This document shows, in pieces, positions 48,107 to 56,928 of a stretch of 64,000 nt of DNA. The translations under genes were made by a program, and so were the position numbers. Numbering within the stretch: the stretch's first letter is position 1; every line of letters begins with the position of its first letter. Under the pieces are notes generated by a model, which was not told the DNA's origin, searched no databases, and saw only the letters and a program-made list of their open reading frames with translations. This stretch comes from a virus: the IMG/VR virus record IMGVR_UViG_3300009506_000012, positions 18,164 to 82,163 of that record; one strand, 5' to 3'.

Positions 48107-50979
48107 CTACTTCATTTACTTCGCAGGTAGGATTCAGGATTCGCAACGGGGATTCTGTTGGCTTGAATGTGGATAGTGACTGGGCGGCTAATCAAAATAC
48201 AGGTGCCTCTATTGGGGTTGATACCACCTTCCGTGTCCGTCTTGAAGTTGAGGAACAAAACAATAAGAACGAAGTAGTAGGTGGCCAGCTTGAAGCTCGT
48301 CTAAATACAGGTTCCTGGTTCAATGTAACCACATCATCTACTGTACTCAAGGCAGTTACGTCTGGTCAGTTCACAGATGAAGATGCAACCACAAATCTTC
48401 TAACCGCTTCTGCAAAAGCCTTTGTTGCCGGTTCGGGTTCAGTTGATGGTGTTGCTACTGGTGTAGCTATTCAAAATGAGCATGTTGAATTTGAATATTC
48501 TGTTCAGATTCCAAATGCTGATGTAGTCAATGGGGACACAATTCAATTCAGAATAGCGGGAATTGATGGATGGGCTGTAACCGGCTCGATCACTGTTGTT
48601 GAAACAGTGAATACGAATGCCACCCTGAGCGAAACGCTTGACAACATGACTGCCGCAGCCACGGCTACTGTTCTGGTTGATAGCTCTCTTGCTAAGACCC
48701 TGGCAGACATGACCCTGGCGGGCACAGGAGTACAGCTCAATGAGGCTGTTCTTGCAGAGACTCTCGAGAACATGACCCTGGCAGGTACTGTATCTACCGC
48801 TACTGCTATTGAGGGAACTCTATCTAAAACCTTTGAGGACATGGCAGGATATGGACAAGTACAGACCCCGCACATTATTCTGTCAGATTCATCCTATATC
48901 ACAGCCAGCGGCGAGAACACGACCGCCCAACTTACCCCGCCAAGCGGGAAAACCACCGGTGATTTTCAAGCAGGCCGTATTCAGGATGACGAGAATCCCA
49001 CGGATGCTATTGACCTGGCCACTGATACCTACACAGAACTTGAATGGTCGCTGAAAGCACTCAACCTGAAGATCGGGGATAGCTTCAACTTCAGAGTAAC
49101 CGTCAGCGGCACTGTTCTGGACTCATATTCTGTCACTCCACTAGTGGAGATTGTCAACACAGGTCAGCTTGGTGAAACCCTGGATGGGATGACCGTTGCG
49201 GGTACTGGCACTATAGGCACAGGAGCAAACACAGCCACACTTGCAGAAACCTTTGACGATATGACAGGTGCGGGAACTGCTACCGTTTTGGTAGATGGTT
49301 CTCTGGATAAGACTCTTGAGGACATGATTGCCTCGGGTACGGGCGTGGTTGCCGTTGACAGCTCTCTCGACTCTACGCTTGAAGATATGACGAATGCAGG
49401 GACTGGAACCGTATTGGTTTTGGGTACCCTGGATGAAACTTTTGATGGGATGACCCTGGAAGGTACTGTTAGCCTGGCAACCAATGCTGATGCTGATATC
49501 ACCTTCGAGAATATGATAGGTGCCGGCGCTGGAACTGTTCAGGTGCAAGCATCACTTGATAAGACCTTTGACCCGCTGACGGTTTCCGGAATTGGTATAA
49601 CTCCGATAACATCTGATCTGGATGCTACCTTTGAGGACATGACCAATACAGGTACAGGGACTGTATTGGATGAAGGTAGTCTGAACAGCACTTTTGAGAA
49701 TATGATTGTAGCTGGGAGCGCTGGACTTGGTACCGGGGCGGTTCTCGATGCAACCTTTGAAGATATGTTGCAATCCGGGTTGGGTCAGGTAGATGCAACC
49801 GGTGCAACCGATGCAACCTTCGAGGATATGACCAGTGTGGCCACGGTTGCGGTCCTTGATACAGCTGCTCTTGATATTACCTTCAGCGATATGATTGGTG
49901 TCGGGGATGGAGATGTCCCGGTTATCGCAATCCTCAGTAAATCCTTTGAGGTGATGGATGGTTCCGGGCAAGCCACGGTTGATATTACTGCCTCACTTGA
50001 TAAGTCTTTTGAAGATCTTCAGCAATCCGCTACTGTAAACGTATTTATCACCGGGGCACTTGCTTCCACAATGGAAGATATGGCCGGCGCTGGCACCGCT
50101 ACGGCAGATGCTGGCGGGGTTTTAGATGAAACCCTTGAGGGGATGACGGCTTCAGGCACGATCGCAGTTGATGTCACGGCACAGGCTGATATTACCTTCG
50201 AGGACATGACCCAGAGCGCAACGGGTGGCGCAGGGACTATCCTCACTCTGGATATCACCTTTGAAAACATGGCCGGCGCTGGAACTGTAGAGACTCCAAT
50301 TACTGGCCAGGCAGATATCACTTTCGAGGATATGCTCAATACCGGCACCGGCATTGTGCTTATTGATGTTGACCAGGATATAGCCTTTGATGATATGGCA
50401 GCCAGTGCCCAGGCTGATGTCCTGATCGATGCCAGTCTTGACAGCACCTTCGGCGTCATGGTGGTTGCAGGTACGGCCACGGCAACACAAATAAGCTCAG
50501 GCTCTCTTGATACGCAGTTTGAGGACATGAGTATCAGTGCCGATGCTGATGCCCTCGTGTTCGCAATTGCGAACATTACATTCGACTCCATGACCGGGAC
50601 CGGTGCAGTTAATGTAGCTGTTCATGGAACACTGGCAGATCAGTTTGATGATATGCTTGCCGATGGAGATGCCAAGGCGCTTGTAACAGGAACATTGTCA
50701 CGTACTTTTGATGACATGTTCATGGTGATTGAGGGGATAATAGGGAATGCAAGTGTAGTCTTTGAGGATATGGCTGGCGCAGGCACAGCGATTGCACCTG
50801 CCAGTGCCCAGGCCGATATCAGTTTCACTGGCACATACATCAAGCATAAACTGGAACATCAATTCACAGTCACAGCATACACAACCAGTCAAATTCTATT
50901 GAAAACCGAATCCGCAGGAACTGAAACGGTTATCAACACTGAAGGAGCAGGCTCCTTAGAAATAGAGACACGTGTATGA
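48103..50979 (+). CDS. long repeat fibre protein
   Basis: Many ~20-aa repeats (L/A)DxTFEDMxxxGxxxV; highly acidic. Confidence 0.75.
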   Translation: MTTSFTSQVGFRIRNGDSVGLNVDSDWAANQNTGASIGVDTTFRVRLEVEEQNNKNEVVGGQLEARLNTGSWFNVTTSSTVLKAVTSGQFTDEDATTNLLTASAKAFVAGSGSVDGVATGVAIQNEHVEFEYSVQIPNADVVNGDTIQFRIAGIDGWAVTGSITVVETVNTNATLSETLDNMTAAATATVLVDSSLAKTLADMTLAGTGVQLNEAVLAETLENMTLAGTVSTATAIEGTLSKTFEDMAGYGQVQTPHIILSDSSYITASGENTTAQLTPPSGKTTGDFQAGRIQDDENPTDAIDLATDTYTELEWSLKALNLKIGDSFNFRVTVSGTVLDSYSVTPLVEIVNTGQLGETLDGMTVAGTGTIGTGANTATLAETFDDMTGAGTATVLVDGSLDKTLEDMIASGTGVVAVDSSLDSTLEDMTNAGTGTVLVLGTLDETFDGMTLEGTVSLATNADADITFENMIGAGAGTVQVQASLDKTFDPLTVSGIGITPITSDLDATFEDMTNTGTGTVLDEGSLNSTFENMIVAGSAGLGTGAVLDATFEDMLQSGLGQVDATGATDATFEDMTSVATVAVLDTAALDITFSDMIGVGDGDVPVIAILSKSFEVMDGSGQATVDITASLDKSFEDLQQSATVNVFITGALASTMEDMAGAGTATADAGGVLDETLEGMTASGTIAVDVTAQADITFEDMTQSATGGAGTILTLDITFENMAGAGTVETPITGQADITFEDMLNTGTGIVLIDVDQDIAFDDMAASAQADVLIDASLDSTFGVMVVAGTATATQISSGSLDTQFEDMSISADADALVFAIANITFDSMTGTGAVNVAVHGTLADQFDDMLADGDAKALVTGTLSRTFDDMFMVIEGIIGNASVVFEDMAGAGTAIAPASAQADISFTGTYIKHKLEHQFTVTAYTTSQILLKTESAGTETVINTEGAGSLEIETRV
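49136..49149. repeat. palindrome copy 6, CTCCAC-TA-GTGGAG
   Basis: Inside the fibre gene. Confidence 0.8.
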
Positions 50980-51314
50980 GTGATAGACCTGACTTACATG
51001 TAGGCGATTGGGGATTTCCTATTGTCCTTCAGGTAAAGGACAAAGCAACCAGTCGCGCAAAAGATATTAGTAATGCTACAACATTGACCATGCTATTCCA
51101 AAAACCCGGTACCGGAGGAGAGACATTTTCTAAAGATGCCATATTATCCGGAAGCGGAGATGATGGTAAGATGCAATATACTCTTGAGCAAGGTATCATT
51201 GATACGGCTGGGGAATGGAGTATTCAAGGTTTGGCAGAGGATGACAACGGCACATTCTATACGGACATTGAGATATTCACTGTCGGAGAGAACATTATTA
51301 TTCAAGGATCCTAA
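50976..51314 (+). CDS. BppU-N-like Ig-fold tail protein
   Basis: VGD.G, DISNAT, FQKP, DGKMQY, IDTAGEW; ends IQGS. Confidence 0.65.
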   Translation: MSDRPDLHVGDWGFPIVLQVKDKATSRAKDISNATTLTMLFQKPGTGGETFSKDAILSGSGDDGKMQYTLEQGIIDTAGEWSIQGLAEDDNGTFYTDIEIFTVGENIIIQGS

Positions 51315-51316
51315 AC

Positions 51317-51925
51317 ATGCCTACCCAATTTGAGATATTTGTCCAGAATGCACTTGAGATCCACGATCCATATGCACAGGGACATGGAAAAAACGTATCT
51401 CAGTTAGCCTTACTGCTTGCATTAGAGTACGAGGACGGAACTCATCAAGAAAAGATTGACTACCCCACGTTGCAGATCGCTGCAAATATCCATGATGTGG
51501 GAAAACTGTTCGTACCAGAAATATTCATAAGCAAATCAACCAGGCTGACAATTTCAGAAATGGAGACTATCAAACTGCATACTGTGTTGGGCTATAGAGC
51601 TGTACAGTCTATGAGCCTGCCCTTTATCGCGCAAGATGTTATTCTGCATCATCATGAAAACTGGGATGGCACTGGATATCCACATGGATTGCTTGAAACC
51701 AATATCAGTATCTATTGCAGAATTGTACGCATTGTAGATTCTGCTGATGTCATGTTTGGAGCTAACAGACCTTATAAGAAACGAAAATCAGTCCAGCAAA
51801 TCATTACAGAACTTGAGTTTTGTTCGGGGCGTGAATACGATCCGTATCTGACGGCCAAGTTTGTCGGCATGCTTCGCAGGAAACCCGAAATACTAGAGGA
51901 AAGATATGGATACACAGGTTCTTGA
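51317..51925 (+). CDS. HD-GYP cyclic-dinucleotide phosphodiesterase
   Basis: HDPY..GH, IHDVGK, HHENWDGTGYPHGL, RIV.IVD, RPYK. Confidence 0.9.
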   Translation: MPTQFEIFVQNALEIHDPYAQGHGKNVSQLALLLALEYEDGTHQEKIDYPTLQIAANIHDVGKLFVPEIFISKSTRLTISEMETIKLHTVLGYRAVQSMSLPFIAQDVILHHHENWDGTGYPHGLLETNISIYCRIVRIVDSADVMFGANRPYKKRKSVQQIITELEFCSGREYDPYLTAKFVGMLRRKPEILEERYGYTGS

Positions 51926-52454
51926 GGCTTTTCAAAAGATTGTCCAGAATGAAAACAGGCATCTAACTGAACGCTTTAACGCTGAGATCAATGGCGTATT
52001 AAGAGCCGTTGAAACTGTATCTCAAGATGTCAAAGAACTAGAAGGTAGGATGCGGCTTCTTGAAATATCCAATTCGGGTGTGATCGCAGAAATACAAGGA
52101 CGTATTGGTCAGCTTGTATCCAAACAAGTTGAACTTGAAAAAGATATCAATGTTATCGGACAAAGACAACAAGACTGGAATAAATATTACAAAGCCATGG
52201 AGGAGGAGATTGTCAAGTATTCGAAAGAAGTATTTTTAGAAAAAGATGAATTCCTTCAAAAAATGGCCGAACGGGATAAAGCTGACGCTGAAAAATGGCA
52301 GGAGCAATCCAACATCAACACCACTAACAAGGCGATCAAGGCCGCTGTCTATGTGCTGGCAGGAGCTGCGCTTTCTCTGATCATGGCCACGGCCTGGCAG
52401 ATATACCTAACCGGTGGAATCCAGAATTATGCTGAATACTTGATGGGAAAATAA
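51906..52454 (+). CDS. coiled-coil protein with C-terminal TM helix (lysis-associated?)
   Basis: Long heptads followed by a hydrophobic helix; in the lysis region. Confidence 0.55.
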   Translation: MDTQVLEAFQKIVQNENRHLTERFNAEINGVLRAVETVSQDVKELEGRMRLLEISNSGVIAEIQGRIGQLVSKQVELEKDINVIGQRQQDWNKYYKAMEEEIVKYSKEVFLEKDEFLQKMAERDKADAEKWQEQSNINTTNKAIKAAVYVLAGAALSLIMATAWQIYLTGGIQNYAEYLMGK

Positions 52455-52489
52455 TTTATAATGACCGAACAAACCTATACGGAGGAACA

Positions 52490-53386
52490 ATGACACAGAC
52501 GGCTTATGGATGGTATGCAATCCTGGATAACAAAATTCCAGTATACGAAGATCAACTTGTGGAAATGGTAGATCACGGCTTAACTGGTTTACAGATCGCA
52601 ACCGCAAAAGGTAGTCACCAATTAGGCTTGGCCCAACAGCACACTGAAATAGCAGACAGCCTCGGTATTCCTTACAGCATTCTAGTGCGCACAGATCCAA
52701 CAGATAAAGATGTTGCCAGGCAGGTGAAAGTTGCAGCATCTTCTTTGACGCTCAGGAATGCAAGTTCCATTTCTGTTCAGATGGATATCTTCTGGATGGA
52801 TTGGAGGGAAATGATAGCCAGGAATACTCACAGTTCTAATGGTTATGTTCGAACACAACGATCTGATGCTCTCAATCGCTGGTATCGAGATTACTTGAAA
52901 CGATTGCGCAAAGAGATCAATGACCCGGCCTTTGCGATTGTTGGCGTATCTCCTAAATGGTACATTCACAAATACTGTAGGATTCTTTCCAGTACAATTT
53001 CAACCATGTGTGATGCTTATATAGGCGAGGATCCCATGTTTTACGAACAAGAAGCACCTCTTGAAATGACCTGGGGTGAATTCGAAAGCAAGATATTATC
53101 TTATCAACCTCTGCGTATGAATATTCCTGGAACTATGAAGGTGGCAGGCTTTGAACTTGGGAGGTTGCCAGTCCTGGGATTTCCTGCTGTAAAAATAGGA
53201 GTTACTTCGACCATGAGTTTATTCGGCAGTTTGTCTATCATCGGCCAGGAAGCAGAAACAGAAATAGAAACAGGAAAGGAGGACGAAGAATCAGAGGAGC
53301 CCGAGGAACCCGAACCAGAAGAAGCGCCTGAAGAAGAAACATCTGAAGAAGAAGTATCCGAGAAGGATGAAGGAGAATCAGAATGA
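52490..53386 (+). CDS. GH25-lysozyme-like protein, degenerate, with acidic tail
   Basis: Strand/helix pattern GIPY..DP..RQV..MDIFW..WY matches GH25 barrels, but DxE reads DIF; Glu-rich C-terminus. Confidence 0.45.
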   Translation: MTQTAYGWYAILDNKIPVYEDQLVEMVDHGLTGLQIATAKGSHQLGLAQQHTEIADSLGIPYSILVRTDPTDKDVARQVKVAASSLTLRNASSISVQMDIFWMDWREMIARNTHSSNGYVRTQRSDALNRWYRDYLKRLRKEINDPAFAIVGVSPKWYIHKYCRILSSTISTMCDAYIGEDPMFYEQEAPLEMTWGEFESKILSYQPLRMNIPGTMKVAGFELGRLPVLGFPAVKIGVTSTMSLFGSLSIIGQEAETEIETGKEDEESEEPEEPEPEEAPEEETSEEEVSEKDEGESE

Positions 53387-53748
53387 TCAATTACGCACCT
53401 GGTGTTTATGTGGTCAAGGTTTTCAGATTGAATATTCGCGGAGCTGCTGACGCTACCCACAACGGAACGCTTATTGGCCAACAACTTACACAGGGTGAAA
53501 ATGTTACTGTATTTGAAATCCTGGACGGAAAAGTATCAGGAGGTAAGGCAGTCTTTGGAAGGATTTCCCCGGTTGGAAGCAATCAACCAATGTATATTTG
53601 CCTTACAGATTTCAATCGTACCTTCGCTGAATACGATAGCCCGCTTATTACACAACCAATACCACAATCCAAAACAGACAGAGATTTTCTACGTTCACTC
53701 TATGCCTGGGCCGTTACTCAAGGGTATCAGGGTCCAGCACCCCTATAA
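53383..53748 (+). CDS. SH3b cell-wall-binding protein
   Basis: LNIRG.....IGQ.L.QGE.VTV.E..FGRI. Confidence 0.7.
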   Translation: MINYAPGVYVVKVFRLNIRGAADATHNGTLIGQQLTQGENVTVFEILDGKVSGGKAVFGRISPVGSNQPMYICLTDFNRTFAEYDSPLITQPIPQSKTDRDFLRSLYAWAVTQGYQGPAPL

Positions 53749-53754
53749 AGGAGT

Positions 53755-54282
53755 ATGCAAATGTTCGCTCATTCTCGCAAACGTCTTTTCTTAATGACAG
53801 TGGTCCTGGCTCTTGTTATGGCCATGTTCCTTGTCATCCCCGTCTTGGCCGCACCCGTTGGTTTTCAGGTCGAGGAACCCACCTTTGACTTTGGTGCGTT
53901 CCTTCAGAGTTGTACTGCCCTGTTCGCTACTTTGGTTGGTATCAACCAGTTCATTATGTTCCTGGTCAACTTCTTGAAAATGGTAAAGGTTGTTCCAGAT
54001 GGTGGTGGCGAATCTGCTTATAAACTATTGAACGGTCTTGCCTTTGCACTCTTGTTGGCACAGCAACTATTCTTACCTGCGTTTGATGTATTGCAGATTG
54101 ATAAAATTGCAGGTCTGCTTGCCCAGCTTGGCAGTATCGTTGTGCCGGCGCTGATCGCTATTGCTTTCCCGGCTGTCATGTGGTTGGGTGAGAAGGCTTA
54201 TCAGGCCTGGCGAGGCTTCCCCGTTCTCGGATATTCTTACAGTGCCGGTGGCATGAAGGCACTGTTCTCTAAAAATGGATAA
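53755..54282 (+). CDS. holin-like multi-TM protein
   Basis: 4-5 hydrophobic helices, LVNFLK...VPDG; last gene of the arm. Confidence 0.6.
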   Translation: MQMFAHSRKRLFLMTVVLALVMAMFLVIPVLAAPVGFQVEEPTFDFGAFLQSCTALFATLVGINQFIMFLVNFLKMVKVVPDGGGESAYKLLNGLAFALLLAQQLFLPAFDVLQIDKIAGLLAQLGSIVVPALIAIAFPAVMWLGEKAYQAWRGFPVLGYSYSAGGMKALFSKNG

Positions 54283-54312
54283 CAGATAGTCACTTACAAC
54301 TATCTGTGTCAT

Positions 54313-54349
54313 AAAAAAGAGCGAGGGTATAGGACCTCGCTCTAAATTT
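54313..54349. terminator. terminator between the convergent arms
   Basis: AGAGCGAGG/CCTCGCTCT stem; T6 on the minus side, AAATTTT on the plus side; second stem CAGATAGT/ACTATCTG at 54283-54306. Confidence 0.8.
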
Positions 54350-54368
54350 TGCTCCACATTGTGGAGCA
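54350..54368. repeat. palindrome copy 7, TGCTCCAC-ATT-GTGGAGCA
   Basis: Intergenic, next to the terminator. Confidence 0.9.
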
Positions 54369-54371
54369 TTT

Positions 54372-54923
54372 TTATTTTTTCTTCAGCATATTCTTGGTTG
54401 CTTTCTTGGCAACCGTAAACCAATCTTCAAGACGCGGCTTGGCATATTCTGTCAGCTTGAACACTACATCATCCACGATATCCTGAACAACAAAATCGAT
54501 CGTGCCGTTTTGATTCTGTATCCTCAGCTGCATATCGTTGATAACTTGTGTCTGAAACATGGCTGGTAGTGGATGGCTTTGGTCAACTGCGTAAGCATCG
54601 ATTGCCATATGGATAAAACGAGCTTCCGGAATAATCCTGCTAAGAACCTCGAAGGCAAATGATCTCTTGATTACTGTTCGGAATTCTTTGGGCTCAGGTA
54701 TCTTGTCCCAGATACAGCTACCCTCCAACTTGCTCAAACCTCCCTGGTGTCTGATTTTTGCAGACCAGTTCAAAAGGATCATGTTCGTATCATTATCCAG
54801 AGGCGGGAAGGTTATGTACAATTCCTCAAAAGGGATGTTCAGGGAATCAGCAATAGCACGAATGGCATGCTGACCTTCACCAAGCCAAACATTTGCGTCT
54901 TTGGTAAGTGGATTATTCTTCAT
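54372..54923 (-). CDS. hypothetical protein
   Basis: 183 aa, AAAGGA RBS. Confidence 0.65.
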   Translation of the reverse strand: MKNNPLTKDANVWLGEGQHAIRAIADSLNIPFEELYITFPPLDNDTNMILLNWSAKIRHQGGLSKLEGSCIWDKIPEPKEFRTVIKRSFAFEVLSRIIPEARFIHMAIDAYAVDQSHPLPAMFQTQVINDMQLRIQNQNGTIDFVVQDIVDDVVFKLTEYAKPRLEDWFTVAKKATKNMLKKK

Positions 54924-55221
54924 CGTTTATCCTTTCAGTATAAGTATCGATCAGATTCTTGATATCTTCTGAATAGTGATAGGCATCAAGTTCAAAAACT
55001 GGTCCAGTGGGCGGGATTGTATCAGCCAGGTATTTTATCTGTGGCCATATATGTCGAAAGATTTCAATCAGCGTCAAAGCCTCCCAAAGAGGATATCGAG
55101 CCTTAGAGTGTTTGACAATTGGCCGTTTACCATCCCATATCCATATAGCATATTTTTGCATCATAACGCTTTTTTCCTGTGTACGCACCCTGCGTATGTA
55201 CGTCCCGTAGGGGAAAATCAC
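54913..55221 (-). CDS. hypothetical protein
   Basis: ORF in the operon; start uncertain. Confidence 0.5.
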   Translation of the reverse strand: MIFPYGTYIRRVRTQEKSVMMQKYAIWIWDGKRPIVKHSKARYPLWEALTLIEIFRHIWPQIKYLADTIPPTGPVFELDAYHYSEDIKNLIDTYTERINDEE

Positions 55222-55248
55222 AGGGTGCGCACACTAAAAGTGGGGAAG

Positions 55249-55920
55249 TCAGTTATCTTCAGACCATACGTCCTTCAGTGTTTCGAAATGACCGTAGCCA
55301 AGATTACGCATGATTTGAATGGCTTCATCAGTCTCTACCAGAACATAAGGATCGTTCGGTTTTGAACCAGCCTTTTCAATGATATCAAGTTGCAGGAAAT
55401 ATCCCATAATACGTTCCAGCTTTTTACGGCCTATCCTGTAAGTGGATTTCATGGCAGTCTGTGTGGTAGGACGATGATTAGAGAATGCCCTTGCCACGGT
55501 CATGATATCGCTTTGCCATTCTTCAGGAATATCAGTATGTACAACCTGAGTACCATCCGGACGTTCGATCTTGAAAACCAGCACCCGAGTGCTTGGAATA
55601 TCAGGCTTCCCGTCAAAGTTCAGGTCGCCTCGTGCAATCATTTCACTCTTAACATTCCAACGCCATAGAGAAAATAGAAAAACAGCACTGGCCAGGGCAA
55701 ATGAAATAAAGATATCCCACCAGAACCAGCCAACCCACAACTGGGTTTGCGCGAGAGAACCAACCAGACAGAACGAAAGCACGAACGCAATTCCAGTATG
55801 CCATATAGGAATCTTGGCAGCTACTTCTGTCTTGTGTACGATGTCACCGAATACGGCATACTGTTCGTGATCCGGACGCTGTGTCTGTTGTGGCTGAAAA
55901 GCTATATTACTGTTTCGCAT
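55249..55920 (-). CDS. 2-TM membrane protein with C-terminal FtsK-gamma-like winged helix
   Basis: Two TM helices; TTQTAMKSTYRIGRKKLERIMGYFLQLDIIEKAGSKP. Confidence 0.6.
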   Translation of the reverse strand: MRNSNIAFQPQQTQRPDHEQYAVFGDIVHKTEVAAKIPIWHTGIAFVLSFCLVGSLAQTQLWVGWFWWDIFISFALASAVFLFSLWRWNVKSEMIARGDLNFDGKPDIPSTRVLVFKIERPDGTQVVHTDIPEEWQSDIMTVARAFSNHRPTTQTAMKSTYRIGRKKLERIMGYFLQLDIIEKAGSKPNDPYVLVETDEAIQIMRNLGYGHFETLKDVWSEDN

Positions 55921-56704
55921 CTCGATATCCTTCTATCAAATCTTCGAGGTATTTCTTGATCGTAGTTTCATCGGTCAAGGGTTGACCAGGAATTACTATA
56001 TCAGTATTGGCCATGGCTTCCGCAACTTCTCCATGAGAGGACACCAAGCCAGTCTTACGCATATTACTCAGCATCACAGAAGCCAACAATACTTCCCGGT
56101 TGATCTCTTTCATCTGTACATCACCGGCAGCATTTTCGTTTAGCTTTGTGATAACACGACTAGTTTGAACGTCCACAATACTCCATTCAGATTTGAATCG
56201 ACTATGCTTGATGTTGATACCCAAAGCATTTTCAATCTTGTCGGTCCAGGTATTACTGTTACTGGACTGTGGAAGCTGGTGCATAAACGGACGAGCAAGA
56301 CGAGTTTGCGGGTCAATTGGAATTAGATTACTACGAATAGTCATCCATTGAGCCATTGAATTTGCGCCGGCATCAATCACAATCCATGCACCTCTGGATA
56401 GCGCCAGGCCACCGACCACAACCACCATAAACATACTGTACAGAAACCAGGTGCCCAGTTTGACAATTGTTCCTTGCCATTTACTACGTACCTGTTTCCA
56501 GTATTCTTTTTTGGATACTTCAAAGTTGTGCATTTCAGAATCTTGCAAGCGCTCTTGTGCCATGTTCTGGGCAGTTTGATCAGCAAGCAATTCAGTCTGA
56601 TACTTTTGCCCCTCAGCCTTTATTTGGGCGGCTGTTTGATAGTTGCAAGAGGTAACCAGAAAAGCAAATACAGATATCAATAAAATTTTCAGTGTAGTGT
56701 TCAT
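55907..56704 (-). CDS. lipoprotein-signal / membrane protein
   Basis: Lipobox-like FLVTSC and a second TM helix. Confidence 0.6.
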   Translation of the reverse strand: MNTTLKILLISVFAFLVTSCNYQTAAQIKAEGQKYQTELLADQTAQNMAQERLQDSEMHNFEVSKKEYWKQVRSKWQGTIVKLGTWFLYSMFMVVVVGGLALSRGAWIVIDAGANSMAQWMTIRSNLIPIDPQTRLARPFMHQLPQSSNSNTWTDKIENALGINIKHSRFKSEWSIVDVQTSRVITKLNENAAGDVQMKEINREVLLASVMLSNMRKTGLVSSHGEVAEAMANTDIVIPGQPLTDETTIKKYLEDLIEGYRDAKQ

Positions 56705-56721
56705 GTCAATGTCTCTAACTT

Positions 56722-56928
56722 TTAATAACTTACAGGTCGTTTCAGTATATATCTATTCCTTAGCTTGGATGGATCCAGAACAAATCCGTCCTCATTGGAT
56801 TTTATTTTTATTCTCTTACCAGGGCAGCGCCTATTCTTACAGGGCTTCCAAAGCCTGTGTTGGGTTTGCATCTCGATTTCATTCAGCTCAAGTTCTTGTC
56901 CACAATAAGGACAATAAGCAAAGTCCAT
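56722..56928 (-). CDS. zinc-ribbon protein
   Basis: CPYC..CKNRRC. Confidence 0.6.
   Translation of the reverse strand: MDFAYCPYCGQELELNEIEMQTQHRLWKPCKNRRCPGKRIKIKSNEDGFVLDPSKLRNRYILKRPVSY

Noticed and set aside
48620-50820. Periodic DNA similarity (ACCTTTGAGGACATG-like) as a possible CRISPR array or DGR
   Set aside because: Degenerate in-frame protein repeats; no constant repeat/spacer structure and no cas or reverse transcriptase gene.
45510-52465. ATTTATAAT at about 45513 and 52455 as a phage late-promoter motif
   Set aside because: Only two AT-rich instances without a shared -35; insufficient evidence.
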